A stretch of 64,000 bases of DNA from an uncultured Candidatus Poseidoniales archaeon. Lineage in GTDB: Archaea; Thermoplasmatota; Poseidoniia; Poseidoniales; Thalassarchaeaceae. Under the pieces are notes generated by a model. It did no database searches and had not been told where the DNA came from. It worked only from the letters and a program-made list of their open reading frames with translations. Below, one piece after another: positions 17,687-28,634 of this stretch. The position numbers and the translations under genes were made by a program. The stretch is taken from positions 28,404 through 92,403 of the forward strand of contig CABXDN010000004.1 of NCBI GenBank assembly GCA_902511005.1. The letters run 5' to 3'. Position 1 is the stretch's first letter. Each line of letters begins with the position of its first letter.

Positions 17687-18667
17687 ATGGTCTCCCTCCG
17701 TTCGGCTCAGCAACAACTTCGAAAAAGAAGAAATATTGTTGAAGAAGCCTTGGAAGATTTTGTGCAAGAAAAGATGGCCAGTACTCAGGCACCTGCTATG
17801 ACTTTAGCTCGTGAAGTATTGCTCGCAGGAGGGAAGAGATACCGTCCAGTTCTTACGATGTTAGCCTTTGAATCAGCAGGTGGTGAAGATGTATCTGAAG
17901 TTATGGACCTCGCTCTTGCCGCGGAATTAATTCATACTGCAACTTTAGTGCATGATGATATCTATGACTTTTCTAAGACTAGAAGGGGTAAACCTACTCT
18001 GCACGCATCCCATGGCCTAGCACACGGAATAATTGGAGGCGACTATTTATTTGTTCTCGGATTTGGTTTAGGTGGGAAATATGAGGCTAAAATTGTAGAA
18101 AAAATGGCAGAGACCTGCGCTAACATAGCTTCTGGTGAGTTGTTACAGCATGAACATATAGGGAATCTAGCGACAACACCTGAAAATTATTATTCAATTA
18201 TTGATGGAAAAACAGCTGGGCCTTTTGCTACCGCATGTGCTTGTGCTGCAATTGTTGCTGGTGCTTCAGATGAGGTAGTTTATTCTCTTGAAGAATTTGG
18301 TTGGGAAGTAGGCAGAGCATTCCAACTAGTAGATGACTTACTAGATTTGACTGGTGATGAAAATATGGGTAAACCTAGGGGTGGCGATGTACACGAAGGT
18401 AAAATGACTCTTCCAATCATTCATGCATTAACTATGCTGCATGGAATCGAACGTGAACAATTAGCAGATGTGTTACAAAATTTCTCAGATGATCGTTGGA
18501 ATGAATTAGTATCGCTACTTTCAACCGCAGGTTCTTTTGAATATTCGGAACAATTAATTGAAAATCATGTAAATAGAGCTCTACTTCAATTGGAATCCTT
18601 GCCTCAAAGCATTGCAAGAAACTTAATGGAAGAAGTTGCTAAAAGGTCCCGTTCAAGGAAGAAATAA
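17687..18667 (+). CDS. Polyprenyl (geranylgeranyl) diphosphate synthase.
   Basis: First aspartate-rich motif LVHDDIYD and second FQLVDDLLD are present, along with a GKPxGxD-like segment (GKPRGGDVHEGKMTLP). Confidence 0.9.
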   Translation: MVSLRSAQQQLRKRRNIVEEALEDFVQEKMASTQAPAMTLAREVLLAGGKRYRPVLTMLAFESAGGEDVSEVMDLALAAELIHTATLVHDDIYDFSKTRRGKPTLHASHGLAHGIIGGDYLFVLGFGLGGKYEAKIVEKMAETCANIASGELLQHEHIGNLATTPENYYSIIDGKTAGPFATACACAAIVAGASDEVVYSLEEFGWEVGRAFQLVDDLLDLTGDENMGKPRGGDVHEGKMTLPIIHALTMLHGIEREQLADVLQNFSDDRWNELVSLLSTAGSFEYSEQLIENHVNRALLQLESLPQSIARNLMEEVAKRSRSRKK

Positions 18668-18694
18668 AATTTAATCAGTACTCTTGGTGAAGAT

Positions 18695-19795
18695 ATGAGT
18701 TTCAAAAAAGACTGGGAAGTTATTGTCATTGGAGGTGGCCCTGCTGGTTCAACAACTGCAAGGTATATTGCAGAAGGAGGTTGTGACGTTCTAGTTATTG
18801 ATGGAAGAGATCCTATTGGGACGCCTTTACAATGTGGTGAATTAGTGCCGACTAACGATGAAATGCGTCGCCTTTGCCCAGATGTACCAGATATTGATGA
18901 TTTGTTACAAACACCTCCAAGTGCAATATCAAGAAAAACCTCTGAAATGCATTTAGTCCCGCCCTCTGGAAAACCTCTCCGTTACTCATTTGAAGGATTT
19001 ATGTTAAATCGAGTAGTTCATGATGAAGCTCTTGTTGATTTGGCCAAATCAAACGGTGTAGAATATTTAGTCGATTCAAGAGTTGACTCTGTAGATGGCA
19101 ATACGGTCAAATTAAGAGATGGCAGAGAATTTTCTGCAAAAGTAATAGTTGGTGCAGGTGGACATAATGATCCCTTGAGGAGAAGTTTTTGGAATGAATC
19201 TAGTCTAAAAATTCCCGTCAAATTTGTTTTGATGGATGGCGATTTTGGCGATGCAGTAGAGCTACATTTTGGTTCAATGGCTCCTGGCGGTTATGCTTGG
19301 ATGTTTCCTAAAGAAAATGGAGCTAATATTGGCGTAGGAATCCAGAATAAGTTTTCCAAAGGTAGAAATTTGAATGATTTGACTGAAAACTTCGTCAATC
19401 GCTATGAGGGTAATATTACATTCACTGGAGCAGGTTCATTGCCTATGTCAGGTACTATTACGACTTTTGTCAAAGGCAACTATGTCCTAGTAGGTGACTC
19501 TGCAGGGATGGTTCTACCATCAAATGGTGCGGGGATCACTATCGCTATGATAGGCGGAAGGATTGCAGGGCAGGTGATTTCTGAACATCTCAAATCTGGT
19601 GTTCCTTTATCTGAATTTGAAACTCGCTGGAAAAAGCAGATGGGTAAGGTAATGAGTAATTCCAAAAGAGCATTTATTTTTGGTAGTTATATCTTAAGGT
19701 TACCTGATTGGATAATTAATTTAATTTTCAATCGTTTCACGAAACCCTTTGTTTGGAGATCAATAACTTGTAGGAATATGTTTTTCATTTTTTGA
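18695..19795 (+). CDS. Geranylgeranyl reductase (digeranylgeranylglycerophospholipid reductase family), FAD-dependent.
   Basis: N-terminal FAD fold DVLVIGGGPAGSTTARYIAEGGCDVLVID. It is 366 aa and sits next to the GGPP synthase gene. Confidence 0.8.
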   Translation: MSFKKDWEVIVIGGGPAGSTTARYIAEGGCDVLVIDGRDPIGTPLQCGELVPTNDEMRRLCPDVPDIDDLLQTPPSAISRKTSEMHLVPPSGKPLRYSFEGFMLNRVVHDEALVDLAKSNGVEYLVDSRVDSVDGNTVKLRDGREFSAKVIVGAGGHNDPLRRSFWNESSLKIPVKFVLMDGDFGDAVELHFGSMAPGGYAWMFPKENGANIGVGIQNKFSKGRNLNDLTENFVNRYEGNITFTGAGSLPMSGTITTFVKGNYVLVGDSAGMVLPSNGAGITIAMIGGRIAGQVISEHLKSGVPLSEFETRWKKQMGKVMSNSKRAFIFGSYILRLPDWIINLIFNRFTKPFVWRSITCRNMFFIF

Positions 19796-19805
19796 GTTTG
19801 GATTA

Positions 19806-20570
19806 TTATTGTGGTTTTTCTGCTTGCCATATAGTTGCCATTCCGGGGAATATGACTTTGGCACGTGAATTAACAAACCCTACTTCTTCTAACATCTTAG
19901 TATAATCTTTAGTTGTTCCAAAGTGAACATATGTTTTAGTCAGCCACTTCCATGGGTGATCATCTTGCTTACATACTATCTTTGCATAACTTCCTACCCA
20001 CGTTCTCATCCACAACCAGCCCAAAAGTCCATGAATTTTATTGATTTTTGCAGGGTCTACAATTACTACTGATGAACCTGGTTTCAGGACACGATATACT
20101 TGCGCTAATCCCTCTCTCTTATCGTACCAATCTCTGAATGAAAATAGCGAACAGACCGCGTCAAAGGAATTATCATCAAATGGTAATTTTTCTGCTTTAC
20201 CTTCTACGAATGTTGCTTCTGAAAAACCATTCATTGTCCTTGATTTGTTAACTCTCGGTTCTGCAACGCGTAGCATTTCAGGAATAGGGTCGAGACATAC
20301 TAACTCATTTCCTTCGAATTCTTCAGCAAAACTACCCGGTCCGCAACCTACTTCCAATACACGACCATCCAGAGGTAACCTATTCCTCACCATTCGTCTC
20401 CATTTTGAAACCTGCCCTAGAGTTGCAAAGCGATTTATTTTATCGTAAACTGGTATCGTTGCTTCAAGGTTTCTTTGGAGCTCATCCCAGTCTTTTTCGC
20501 CGATAGTCTCGGTATCCATATTATGTCGCGGAAGACTCAGGTATTTGGTACGTACTGATATTAATGTCAA
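19806..20570 (-). CDS. UbiE/MenG-type SAM-dependent methyltransferase (demethylmenaquinone / ubiquinone methyltransferase family).
   Basis: SAM motif I VLEVGCGPG is present. IPVYDKINRFATLGQVSKWRR resembles the UbiE/COQ5 signature (YDxMNxxxSxGxHRxWK). A KPGSSVVIV motif is also present. Confidence 0.75.
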   Translation of the reverse strand: MTLISVRTKYLSLPRHNMDTETIGEKDWDELQRNLEATIPVYDKINRFATLGQVSKWRRMVRNRLPLDGRVLEVGCGPGSFAEEFEGNELVCLDPIPEMLRVAEPRVNKSRTMNGFSEATFVEGKAEKLPFDDNSFDAVCSLFSFRDWYDKREGLAQVYRVLKPGSSVVIVDPAKINKIHGLLGWLWMRTWVGSYAKIVCKQDDHPWKWLTKTYVHFGTTKDYTKMLEEVGFVNSRAKVIFPGMATIWQAEKPQ

Positions 20571-20656
20571 AGTGATTAGTGTGATACAGTTTAGGTTGCT
20601 TATCGGTTATTATCATATACTAATTTTAGGTCGACAATGATATACAGGTGCTGAAT

Positions 20657-20971
20657 ATGTCTAGGGAAGATGTTTTACGTTCAATTAAAAATGCAGAAAT
20701 AGCGGCCACTGAGACGCTATCAGATGCAAAAAAAGAAGCAGCATTCATAATTTCTCAAGCAAGACAAAATGCATCAGAAATTTTGACATCCGGTCGTTCA
20801 GACTCCGAGTCTAACGCCCAAGGTTTGATTTCAAAAGCGCGCGAGAGTGCTGGTTCTGAAGCAGAAGTCGTTTCAAACGACGGAAAAGTTGCACAGAAAA
20901 GTATTCATGATTCTGGGATTAAAAATCGTCAAAAGGCAGAAAAAATTGTAATTGACGCTTTTAGGAATTAA
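20657..20971 (+). CDS. atpH: A1Ao ATP synthase subunit H.
   Basis: First gene of a colinear H-I-K-E-C-F-A-B-D operon. It begins MSREDVLRSIKNAEIAA and is a small alpha-helical Ala/Glu-rich stalk protein. Confidence 0.7.
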   Translation: MSREDVLRSIKNAEIAATETLSDAKKEAAFIISQARQNASEILTSGRSDSESNAQGLISKARESAGSEAEVVSNDGKVAQKSIHDSGIKNRQKAEKIVIDAFRN

Positions 20972-20997
20972 TTTTAATTATTTTGGAGGTTAAAATC

Positions 20998-23094
20998 ATG
21001 TCTCAGGTTAAAACACAGCAAATGGGTCGTTTACTCGCTGCTGGTAGCAAAGATCTGATTGATGAAGTAGTTGATGCGTTGGCAGAATTAAACGCATTAC
21101 ACATAATAGAATACGATGGTACGGATGAAGGTTTTAATCTAGGTACTCCGAAAGAAGAGGCAGAAGAAGTAGGAAAACGTCTGTCTAAATTACGCTCTGC
21201 AGCATCTCTTGTTGATGTTTCTGGTCCGAAAAAACCAGTGTCTGCAAAGAAGATCCGTTCAGAGCTCGAAAATAATCTCTCGGAGGCAGTAGAACATCTT
21301 TTGGAAAAAAGTACTCGTCTTGATTCAGTCGAGAATAGTCTGTCCTCCCTAGAGGAAGAAGCGGCTGTCTTGGAATTAATTTCATCAATTGATTTAGATG
21401 TAGAGTTATTATCTGGTTATTCGGAATTATCTTCATTCGTAGGCACTGTGAATGATTTAGAAATGGCTAAAGAAATCACATCTAATAGCCTCTTCTTTAG
21501 CGGCGTATCTAAAAAAACTAAGGTAATTGCTGTTTTTGTTAAAAATAGTGATTCTAACGACACACAATCTCAATTGAATGCATCCGGATTCCAGGCAATT
21601 AACCTTCCAGAGAATGGCAATGGCAGTTCACATATTTTACTCTCAGATGTACGTGAATCAATCAGCGCACTATCTAAAGAGAAGTCATCAATAAGTGAAG
21701 AGATAGATAATTGGACAAACGAATTCGGAGAATCTCTAGTTTGTGGTTTAGAATTATTAGAGAGAGAACACGATATTCTGACTGCACCTGTTAAAATTGC
21801 AGTTTCGGAGCATGCTTTTTTCATCGATGGATGGATAGAAATGTCTCGCTCCGAGGAAGTTAAATCTGCTCTATCAAAATCTTGTCTATACACTGAGGTT
21901 TCTCCCTTTGTGCTGAAGGCAGGCGGTGGTGGTCATGGGCATTCAGATCATGCTCATCATCAAGAGATGCCCCCTATCTCCTATCAAAATAGAAAAGTCA
22001 GTAAGCCAATGGAATTACTTACTGATGCAGTAGGGAGGCCAGCGTACGGAAGGATAGATCCTACCTTGTTTATGTTTGTTACTTATCCAATTTTCTTTGG
22101 AATGATGCTTGGAGATATGGCATATGGTCTGATTACTATTTCTCTTGGAGCATTTATAATGAGTCGTGCAGGTTCCAATGATATGATGAATCTGGGTGGG
22201 AAATTCTTGGTTTATATTGGACTAGGGACTTTTGCATTTGGTTACCTCTATGCTGAATTCGCAGGTTGGGAGATATTCCCTCATGGGCATCATAATCCTG
22301 CTGAGGCTCTTGCTGTATTCTATCCTGAGATTCCTCATCATGAATATCATGTATGGTCTCAGTCACTACCCTTTAGTATCGAACTGGCATTCCCATTCCA
22401 CAGAGTTGTATCGGTTGAAGATCATGGAAATCTTGAACACTTAGCAGTATTAACTATTTACTTAGGATTAATACATATTATGTTTGGTAGATTGATTGGA
22501 TTCAGAGACGTTCTTCTATACGGGACTGATCATGGTCATGTTGGTTTCCTTGCAGCATTTTTCGAACACGGTGTTTGGATGATTCTATTAGTTGGGGGTT
22601 TCATATTCTCATACGGCTATATTGGTTCAAAGAACTATGGTTATGAAGTCGAATACATGATTTTACCTGGTGCTATGATAGCAATATCTGCAATCATCTT
22701 GCTTGTATGGACACTTTACAAATACCATGGCATTCCTTTTGTGATCAGTTTGATCCTATCTCCTATTGAGGCGATTGGGATGATGCCCTCAGTAATCTCT
22801 TATGTCCGTCTTTTCGCAGTAGGTGTAGTCGGTGTTAAAATTGCCGAGACTGGCAATGTGAAGTTATTCGAGCCTATGGCACATGCTATCGACCATGGCG
22901 ATTTCTTAGTCGTCCCATTCCTTTTGATTGGTTGGTTAGCAGTTCAATTCTTTGCATGGGGTCTGGGGGTATTCAGTCCTAATATTCATGCGGCCAGGCT
23001 TCATTTCGTAGAATGGATGAGGCAATATTATGATTCTAGCGGAGAGGCATTCGAGCCTTTCGGTTTCCGCTCGCACCATGTGGAGGTCGAGTGA
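20998..23094 (+). CDS. atpI: A1Ao ATP synthase subunit I (a-subunit, membrane stator).
   Basis: A roughly 330-aa N-terminal soluble coiled domain is followed by a C-terminal polytopic domain with the conserved Arg-containing helix (SYVRLFAVGV). A GGAGG sits at -8 to -12 of ATG 20998. Confidence 0.9.
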   Translation: MSQVKTQQMGRLLAAGSKDLIDEVVDALAELNALHIIEYDGTDEGFNLGTPKEEAEEVGKRLSKLRSAASLVDVSGPKKPVSAKKIRSELENNLSEAVEHLLEKSTRLDSVENSLSSLEEEAAVLELISSIDLDVELLSGYSELSSFVGTVNDLEMAKEITSNSLFFSGVSKKTKVIAVFVKNSDSNDTQSQLNASGFQAINLPENGNGSSHILLSDVRESISALSKEKSSISEEIDNWTNEFGESLVCGLELLEREHDILTAPVKIAVSEHAFFIDGWIEMSRSEEVKSALSKSCLYTEVSPFVLKAGGGGHGHSDHAHHQEMPPISYQNRKVSKPMELLTDAVGRPAYGRIDPTLFMFVTYPIFFGMMLGDMAYGLITISLGAFIMSRAGSNDMMNLGGKFLVYIGLGTFAFGYLYAEFAGWEIFPHGHHNPAEALAVFYPEIPHHEYHVWSQSLPFSIELAFPFHRVVSVEDHGNLEHLAVLTIYLGLIHIMFGRLIGFRDVLLYGTDHGHVGFLAAFFEHGVWMILLVGGFIFSYGYIGSKNYGYEVEYMILPGAMIAISAIILLVWTLYKYHGIPFVISLILSPIEAIGMMPSVISYVRLFAVGVVGVKIAETGNVKLFEPMAHAIDHGDFLVVPFLLIGWLAVQFFAWGLGVFSPNIHAARLHFVEWMRQYYDSSGEAFEPFGFRSHHVEVE

Positions 23095-23125
23095 TATCAC
23101 ATTCCAAGTGTAATGCTTAGAAAAA

Positions 23126-23446
23126 ATGGAGGAAAAAAATATGAATAACAGAAATAAAATGAGAGGAATGAGTATGTTGCTAACATTATCGTCAATTGTG
23201 ATGATTGCTAGCAGCGTTCAGGCGGAAGACAATGCATCTACAGAAGCTGCATATGCAAACATCGGTGCAGGTATTGCACTAGGTTTAGCAGGAATTGGAA
23301 CTGGCTTAAGCCAAGGGCCAATTGGAGCTGCTGCTGTAGGAATGATTGCAGAAGATAGCAGTAAGTTCGTTAACGGACTAATCTTCACTGCTCTACCTGA
23401 GACAATTGTCCTTTTCGGATTTCTTGCACTATTCTTGCTCGGATAA
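23126..23446 (+). CDS. atpK: A1Ao ATP synthase subunit K (c/proteolipid). It is a single hairpin with an N-terminal hydrophobic extension.
   Basis: Gly-rich helix GAGIALGLAGIGTGLSQG and the ion-binding Glu (ALPETIVLFG) are present. An extra N-terminal segment MLLTLSSIVMIASSVQAEDNAS resembles a signal peptide. Confidence 0.85.
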   Translation: MEEKNMNNRNKMRGMSMLLTLSSIVMIASSVQAEDNASTEAAYANIGAGIALGLAGIGTGLSQGPIGAAAVGMIAEDSSKFVNGLIFTALPETIVLFGFLALFLLG

Positions 23447-23499
23447 GCAGAATTTTGTAGGTTCCTATAATGAATAATTAAAACACGAGGTGTAATGAA

Positions 23500-24057
23500 A
23501 TGACATTGGATGCATTAGCAAACGAAATCGCTGCCCAAGCGAAAGCAGAGGCAGAATCGATTATCGCAGCCGCTAAGCAGCAAGCTGAAGAAATTGAGGA
23601 TGAGGCAAAAGCAGTAGCTTCTTCTTTCTCCTCAGATATGAAAGCACGTGCTGAGCGAGAGAGCGCCCAGTTGTCAGTAGAAGTAGTAGCATCAGCTAAA
23701 CAAGCAAACCAAAAGCATCTTCTAATCGCTAGACGCGAAGAATTGGATGAGACATGGAATTCAATACGTGTATCGGTGGCGTCACCAGATCTCAAAGGTC
23801 GTTCTGATGTCCTGAGTGCACTTTTAGCTGAAGCGAGCAAATCTGGAGAAGGAATGTTACTTCGTCCAGTTTCGACTGATCGCAAAGCGCTTGAAAAAGG
23901 GAATTTTTCTCTTGGTGACGACGTTGAAGGATTAGGGGGCTTTGTCCTCGAATCTAAAGACGGTTCAATAGTACTTGATTATCGATTTGATAGTCGTCTA
24001 GAAGAAGCTTGGAATACTAATCTAGGTACTGTAAATAAAACTTTATTTGGTAATTAA
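23500..24057 (+). CDS. atpE: A1Ao ATP synthase subunit E.
   Basis: Ala/Glu/Lys-rich N-terminal helix MTLDALANEIAAQAKAEAESIIAAAKQQAEEIEDEAKA with a C-terminal globular domain. Position in operon fits. Confidence 0.8.
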   Translation: MTLDALANEIAAQAKAEAESIIAAAKQQAEEIEDEAKAVASSFSSDMKARAERESAQLSVEVVASAKQANQKHLLIARREELDETWNSIRVSVASPDLKGRSDVLSALLAEASKSGEGMLLRPVSTDRKALEKGNFSLGDDVEGLGGFVLESKDGSIVLDYRFDSRLEEAWNTNLGTVNKTLFGN

Positions 24058-24068
24058 TTGGTGAAAAT

Positions 24069-25124
24069 ATGACTGGAATAGTAAGTGGCCGTTCTAATAT
24101 TTACAATGCTTCAGCTCGCGCTAAAGCACGTAAGGCTTCTCTAATTGATCCCACCCGTATGCGACAATTGTTGCAATTAGGTCCGGAATCAATTGGTGCA
24201 AGTATTGGTGAGCTAGGATATCGTTCTGAAATGGATATATATTCTGCTCGTATGGACGGAGCAGATGCAGTAGAAGCTGCACTTTTCCACAATCTTGATA
24301 ATGATCTATCTGAGGTAATGAGATTCTGTCAAGGGCCTCTCAAATCAATAGTTTCAGTCTATGTTGAACGTTTCTCTTATGAGAAGGCAAAGACCGTTCT
24401 CCGTGCAGTTAACGGCGGATGTTCAGATGAATTAATTGAATCACAAATCCTTCCTTCTGAAAATCCTAAGAATTCATTATGGCTTGAAATTGTTAGGAAT
24501 ACAGAGACAGTTGCAGAAGCAGCCAGTGCAATGGCAGGTACGCCTTGGGGTAAGGAATTAGGTAAATTGGAAGGTGCAGAATCAACACTAGAAGAAATGG
24601 AAGATGCATTGGATAGACAATACTACAATCACGCCTTGAAAGTTTCTCGAGGAAAGGATTCCAGCATCCATCTAATGAAGTATATCAGGACCGAGATCGA
24701 CCATCGAAATATAATTAATCAATTCCGTGAACTACGTCAAAATATTTCTCCAGACAAACGTTTACAGATGGTTATTTCAGGCGGTCGTATTCAGAACTCA
24801 GTAATGGCACAAGCGTCCCAAGCAACATCTCAGGAAGCGATAGTAGATGCTCTTCGCCGTAGCAACTCATTTGATGATGAGGGGTTCGATGAAGCACTTC
24901 AACAGTCAAAAGTCACTGGTTCTTTAGATCCAATAGCATCTCTTTTGACACATAAAAGGCATGCGATGCTAAAGCGTTTCGCGTATCTTAATCCTGTGTC
25001 ATCATTCCCAGTGATTTACTATATCGAGCGTAAAGTGCTCGAAATACAGAATCTTCGTCTTCTTGTGCGTGGGAAGACGATTGGCCTCACATCAGAGGTA
25101 TTAGAAGCGCATATGGATTTTTGA
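24069..25124 (+). CDS. atpC: A1Ao ATP synthase subunit C.
   Basis: 351-aa helical protein between E and F. N-terminus RSNIYNASARAKARKASLIDPTRM is typical of subunit C. Confidence 0.8.
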   Translation: MTGIVSGRSNIYNASARAKARKASLIDPTRMRQLLQLGPESIGASIGELGYRSEMDIYSARMDGADAVEAALFHNLDNDLSEVMRFCQGPLKSIVSVYVERFSYEKAKTVLRAVNGGCSDELIESQILPSENPKNSLWLEIVRNTETVAEAASAMAGTPWGKELGKLEGAESTLEEMEDALDRQYYNHALKVSRGKDSSIHLMKYIRTEIDHRNIINQFRELRQNISPDKRLQMVISGGRIQNSVMAQASQATSQEAIVDALRRSNSFDDEGFDEALQQSKVTGSLDPIASLLTHKRHAMLKRFAYLNPVSSFPVIYYIERKVLEIQNLRLLVRGKTIGLTSEVLEAHMDF

Positions 25125-25134
25125 GGTAGATAAT

Positions 25135-25434
25135 ATGGAAATAGCAGTAGTCGGTTCCCTTGATTTTACCCTTGGTTTCCAACTTGCGGGTGTTTTGAGA
25201 TTACACAACCCTGCTAATCTAGATGAGTTGACTTCAACGATGAAGTCTCTATTAAATGAAAAAGAAGTAGGAGTTGTTGTAATTGATAACTCCGATTTAT
25301 TACAGCTTCCGGAAAGATTGCGAGTGCAACTATCCGAAAGTATCACACCCACTGTATTGGGTATTGGGACCGAAGAGGATAATACCCTCAGAGAGTCCAT
25401 CAAGTCGGCCCTAGGAGTCGATTTGTGGAAGTAA
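25135..25434 (+). CDS. atpF: A1Ao ATP synthase subunit F.
   Basis: 99 aa beginning MEIAVVGSLDFTLGFQLAGV. Confidence 0.85.
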   Translation: MEIAVVGSLDFTLGFQLAGVLRLHNPANLDELTSTMKSLLNEKEVGVVVIDNSDLLQLPERLRVQLSESITPTVLGIGTEEDNTLRESIKSALGVDLWK

Positions 25435-25468
25435 ATCCTAGAAAAAAAATAAAGGAAGTGAATTAAAA

Positions 25469-27211
25469 ATGAGTGAAGAAAATGGAGTGATTTATCGCAT
25501 CTCTGGACCAGTTGTAACCGCAGTAGGAATTTCGCCAAGAATGTATGAAGTTGTGCGAGTAGGTGATGAAGGTTTAATGGGAGAAGTTATTGAATTACAC
25601 GGCGAACAATCAGTTATTCAGGTATATGAGGAAACCTCAGGTGTCAGACCTGGTGAACCGGTTATTAGAACTGGACAAACCTTGTCTGTTCAACTAGGTC
25701 CAGGTCTTTTAACTAAGATTTATGATGGTATTCAGAGACCTCTACCTGAACTTGAGAAGACCATGGGTGTCTTTATCAAAAGAGGAGTCGATGCAGATGG
25801 TTTAGATTTAGAAAAGAATTGGGATTTCAAAGCAACTGCTAAGGCAGGTGACTCAGTAACGTCAGGGGATGTTATTGGAACAGTCCAAGAAACAAAGACT
25901 ATCGAACATAGAGTCATGGTTCCTCCGGGTACCTCAGGTGTCATCAAAAACATTAGTTCCGGTGAATTTAATGTGACTCAAACTGTTTGTACTTTAGAAG
26001 ATGGAAATGAAATTCAAATGATGCAAAAATGGCCAGTTCGTACGCCTCGTCCGTTTACAAAGAAACACGCTCCTGAGGTTCCTTTGCAAACAGGTCAAAG
26101 AATTCTAGATTTCCTTTTCCCACTAGCTAAGGGAGGAACTGCAGGAATTCCTGGTCCATTTGGTTCAGGTAAAACAGTCACACAACAGCAACTTGCTAAG
26201 TGGTCTGATGCAGATATTGTCGTCTATATCGGATGCGGTGAACGTGGTAATGAGATGACTGAAGTTCTCGATGAATTCCCTCATCTCATGGATCCTAAAA
26301 CGGGTGAAGCTTTGATGAACAGGACTACTATGATTGCTAACACTTCTAATATGCCAGTTGCAGCCAGAGAAGCTTCAGTTTATACTGGTATTACAATCGC
26401 CGAATATTTCAGAGATATGGGCTATGATGTTGCTTTAATGGCTGATTCAACTAGTCGTTGGGCAGAAGCAATGAGAGAAATTTCATCTCGTTTAGAAGAG
26501 ATGCCGGGTGAGGAAGGTTATCCTGCATATCTTTCCAGCCGTCTTGCAGAATTCTATGAGAGAGCAGGAAGAGTCGAGACTCTTGCAGGAGGAGATGGTT
26601 CAGTATCTGTAATAGGTGCCGTTTCACCTCCTGGTGGAGATATTTCAGAACCAGTCAGTCAAGGGACTCTGCGTATCGTTAAGGTATTCTGGGGTCTTGA
26701 TGCTGGTCTTGCGCGTCAGAGGCATTTCCCTGCAATTAATTGGCTAAATTCCTACTCACTATATCCTCCGTCGCTTGATCAATGGTATAGAGATAATATC
26801 AAGAGTGATTTCCCTGAACTTAGGACTGAAATCAGTGCCTTACTTCAAGTTGAAGCAGAATTACAAGAAATCGTTCAGTTAGTGGGTTCCGATGCTTTAC
26901 CAGTCGATCAACAACTAACTCTAGAAGTTGCTCGTATGATTAGAGAATTTTTCCTACAACAGAATGCATTCCATGACGTAGATACTTATACTGACTTAAA
27001 ACTCCAATATACTATGGCTAAGGCCATACTTTCTTTCCAAGAAGAATCGAAGAAGGCTTTAGCAGGTGGTGCCGCTCTTGAAGACGTAGTTAACGTACCA
27101 GCACGTACTGACCTAATGAGGGGAAGATTCGAATCAGGTTATGAAGAAAAAATCGATAAAATGTTAGAAACTATGATCAAACAAATTGCCGAGACTATGG
27201 AGGATAACTGA
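25469..27211 (+). CDS. atpA: A1Ao ATP synthase catalytic subunit A.
   Basis: Walker A GPFGSGKT. The non-homologous insert typical of A-subunits and the conserved [10 protein letters not shown] motif are present. Confidence 0.95.
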   Translation: MSEENGVIYRISGPVVTAVGISPRMYEVVRVGDEGLMGEVIELHGEQSVIQVYEETSGVRPGEPVIRTGQTLSVQLGPGLLTKIYDGIQRPLPELEKTMGVFIKRGVDADGLDLEKNWDFKATAKAGDSVTSGDVIGTVQETKTIEHRVMVPPGTSGVIKNISSGEFNVTQTVCTLEDGNEIQMMQKWPVRTPRPFTKKHAPEVPLQTGQRILDFLFPLAKGGTAGIPGPFGSGKTVTQQQLAKWSDADIVVYIGCGERGNEMTEVLDEFPHLMDPKTGEALMNRTTMIANTSNMPVAAREASVYTGITIAEYFRDMGYDVALMADSTSRWAEAMREISSRLEEMPGEEGYPAYLSSRLAEFYERAGRVETLAGGDGSVSVIGAVSPPGGDISEPVSQGTLRIVKVFWGLDAGLARQRHFPAINWLNSYSLYPPSLDQWYRDNIKSDFPELRTEISALLQVEAELQEIVQLVGSDALPVDQQLTLEVARMIREFFLQQNAFHDVDTYTDLKLQYTMAKAILSFQEESKKALAGGAALEDVVNVPARTDLMRGRFESGYEEKIDKMLETMIKQIAETMEDN

Positions 27212-27223
27212 GAGGTGGTATAA

Positions 27224-28609
27224 ATGACTGGAAAAGAATATAGAACAATCACTGACGTAAAAGGACCTCTTGTGTTCCTAAATAAAACTGAACCTGTTGC
27301 CTTTGGAGAGATTGTAGAATTACGCCTCACTGATGGTACTTTGAAGAATGGGCAAGTCCTAGATACATCTGACGACCAAGTTATCGTTCAGGTTTTCGAA
27401 GGTACTGCTTCAATTGATAAACAAACAGGGATAAAATTCCTTGGTGACGTGTTTAAGTTACCAGTAAGCACAGACATGATTGGAAGAATCCTTGACGGTG
27501 CTGGACGTCCAAGAGATGGTGGGCCTGCTATTGTAGCAGACGAAATGGCAGACATTATTGGTGCTGCTATCAACCCTTATTCTCGTCAGAGCCCTGATAC
27601 ATTTATTCAAACCGGAATATCTGCAATTGATGCTTGTACTTCATTAGTTCGTGGTCAGAAACTACCTATTTTCAGTGCTTCAGGACTTCCTCACAATGAT
27701 ATCGCATTACAAATTGCTCGACAGGCTAAACTGGTAGACAGTGATGATGACTTCGTAGTAGTTTTCTGTGCTATGGGAATCACGGCAGAAGAATACAATT
27801 TCTTCGTTCATGATTTGGAAAGAACTGGCGCTCTAGAGAATGCCTGTCTTTTCGTTAATCTTGCTGATGACCCTGCTGTTGAGAGATTAATTACTCCAAG
27901 ATTGGCTCTTACTGCTGCTGAATATTTAGCTTTCGAGAAGGATTATCACGTATTAGTCATCTATACAGACATGACTAACTATTGTGAATCGCTACGTCAA
28001 ATAGGTGCAGCGCGTGAAGAAGTCCCTGGTCGTAGAGGTTATCCTGGATACATGTATACTGATTTAGCAATGTTATATGAGCGAGCAGGTTTGGTTAAGG
28101 GGAAGAAAGGTTCAATCACTCAATTCCCTATATTGACAATGCCTGGTGACGATATTACTCATCCTATACCAGATCTTTCTGGATATATTACCGAGGGGCA
28201 AATTGTTATTTCTCGTGAGCTTCATCAGAAAGGAATTTATCCTCCGATTAACGTTCTACCTTCTCTATCTCGACTTATGAATGCAGGGATTGGTGACGGT
28301 AAAACTCGTGAAGATCATAAATCAGTTTCTGATCAACTTTATGCAGCATATGCTCAAGGAAGGGAATTACGTGGTTTAGTGGCAATTGTAGGTGAAGATG
28401 CTTTGAATGAGCGTGATTTACAGTTATTGAAGTTCGCGGATATTTTTGAGAATAAATTCCTTCGACAAAGTCGTGATGAAGATCGTTCAATTTCAGAGGG
28501 AACTCTTGATTATGCTTGGGAACTGCTTTCAAATATTGATACAAAATATCTTGTACGTCTTGATCAAAAGTGGATTGATAAGTATCATCCAACTGACAAA
28601 AAAGAATGA
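27224..28609 (+). CDS. atpB: A1Ao ATP synthase subunit B.
   Basis: 461 aa with a degenerate P-loop and the conserved [14 protein letters not shown] motif. Confidence 0.95.
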   Translation: MTGKEYRTITDVKGPLVFLNKTEPVAFGEIVELRLTDGTLKNGQVLDTSDDQVIVQVFEGTASIDKQTGIKFLGDVFKLPVSTDMIGRILDGAGRPRDGGPAIVADEMADIIGAAINPYSRQSPDTFIQTGISAIDACTSLVRGQKLPIFSASGLPHNDIALQIARQAKLVDSDDDFVVVFCAMGITAEEYNFFVHDLERTGALENACLFVNLADDPAVERLITPRLALTAAEYLAFEKDYHVLVIYTDMTNYCESLRQIGAAREEVPGRRGYPGYMYTDLAMLYERAGLVKGKKGSITQFPILTMPGDDITHPIPDLSGYITEGQIVISRELHQKGIYPPINVLPSLSRLMNAGIGDGKTREDHKSVSDQLYAAYAQGRELRGLVAIVGEDALNERDLQLLKFADIFENKFLRQSRDEDRSISEGTLDYAWELLSNIDTKYLVRLDQKWIDKYHPTDKKE

Positions 28610-28634
28610 ATAAATTTAGAATTATAGTTAGGAG

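Noticed and set aside
21185-22444. Several 70-107-aa ORFs on both strands within atpI.
   Set aside because: They sit inside the 700-aa subunit I gene, whose product has the expected soluble-plus-membrane architecture. They are shadow ORFs.
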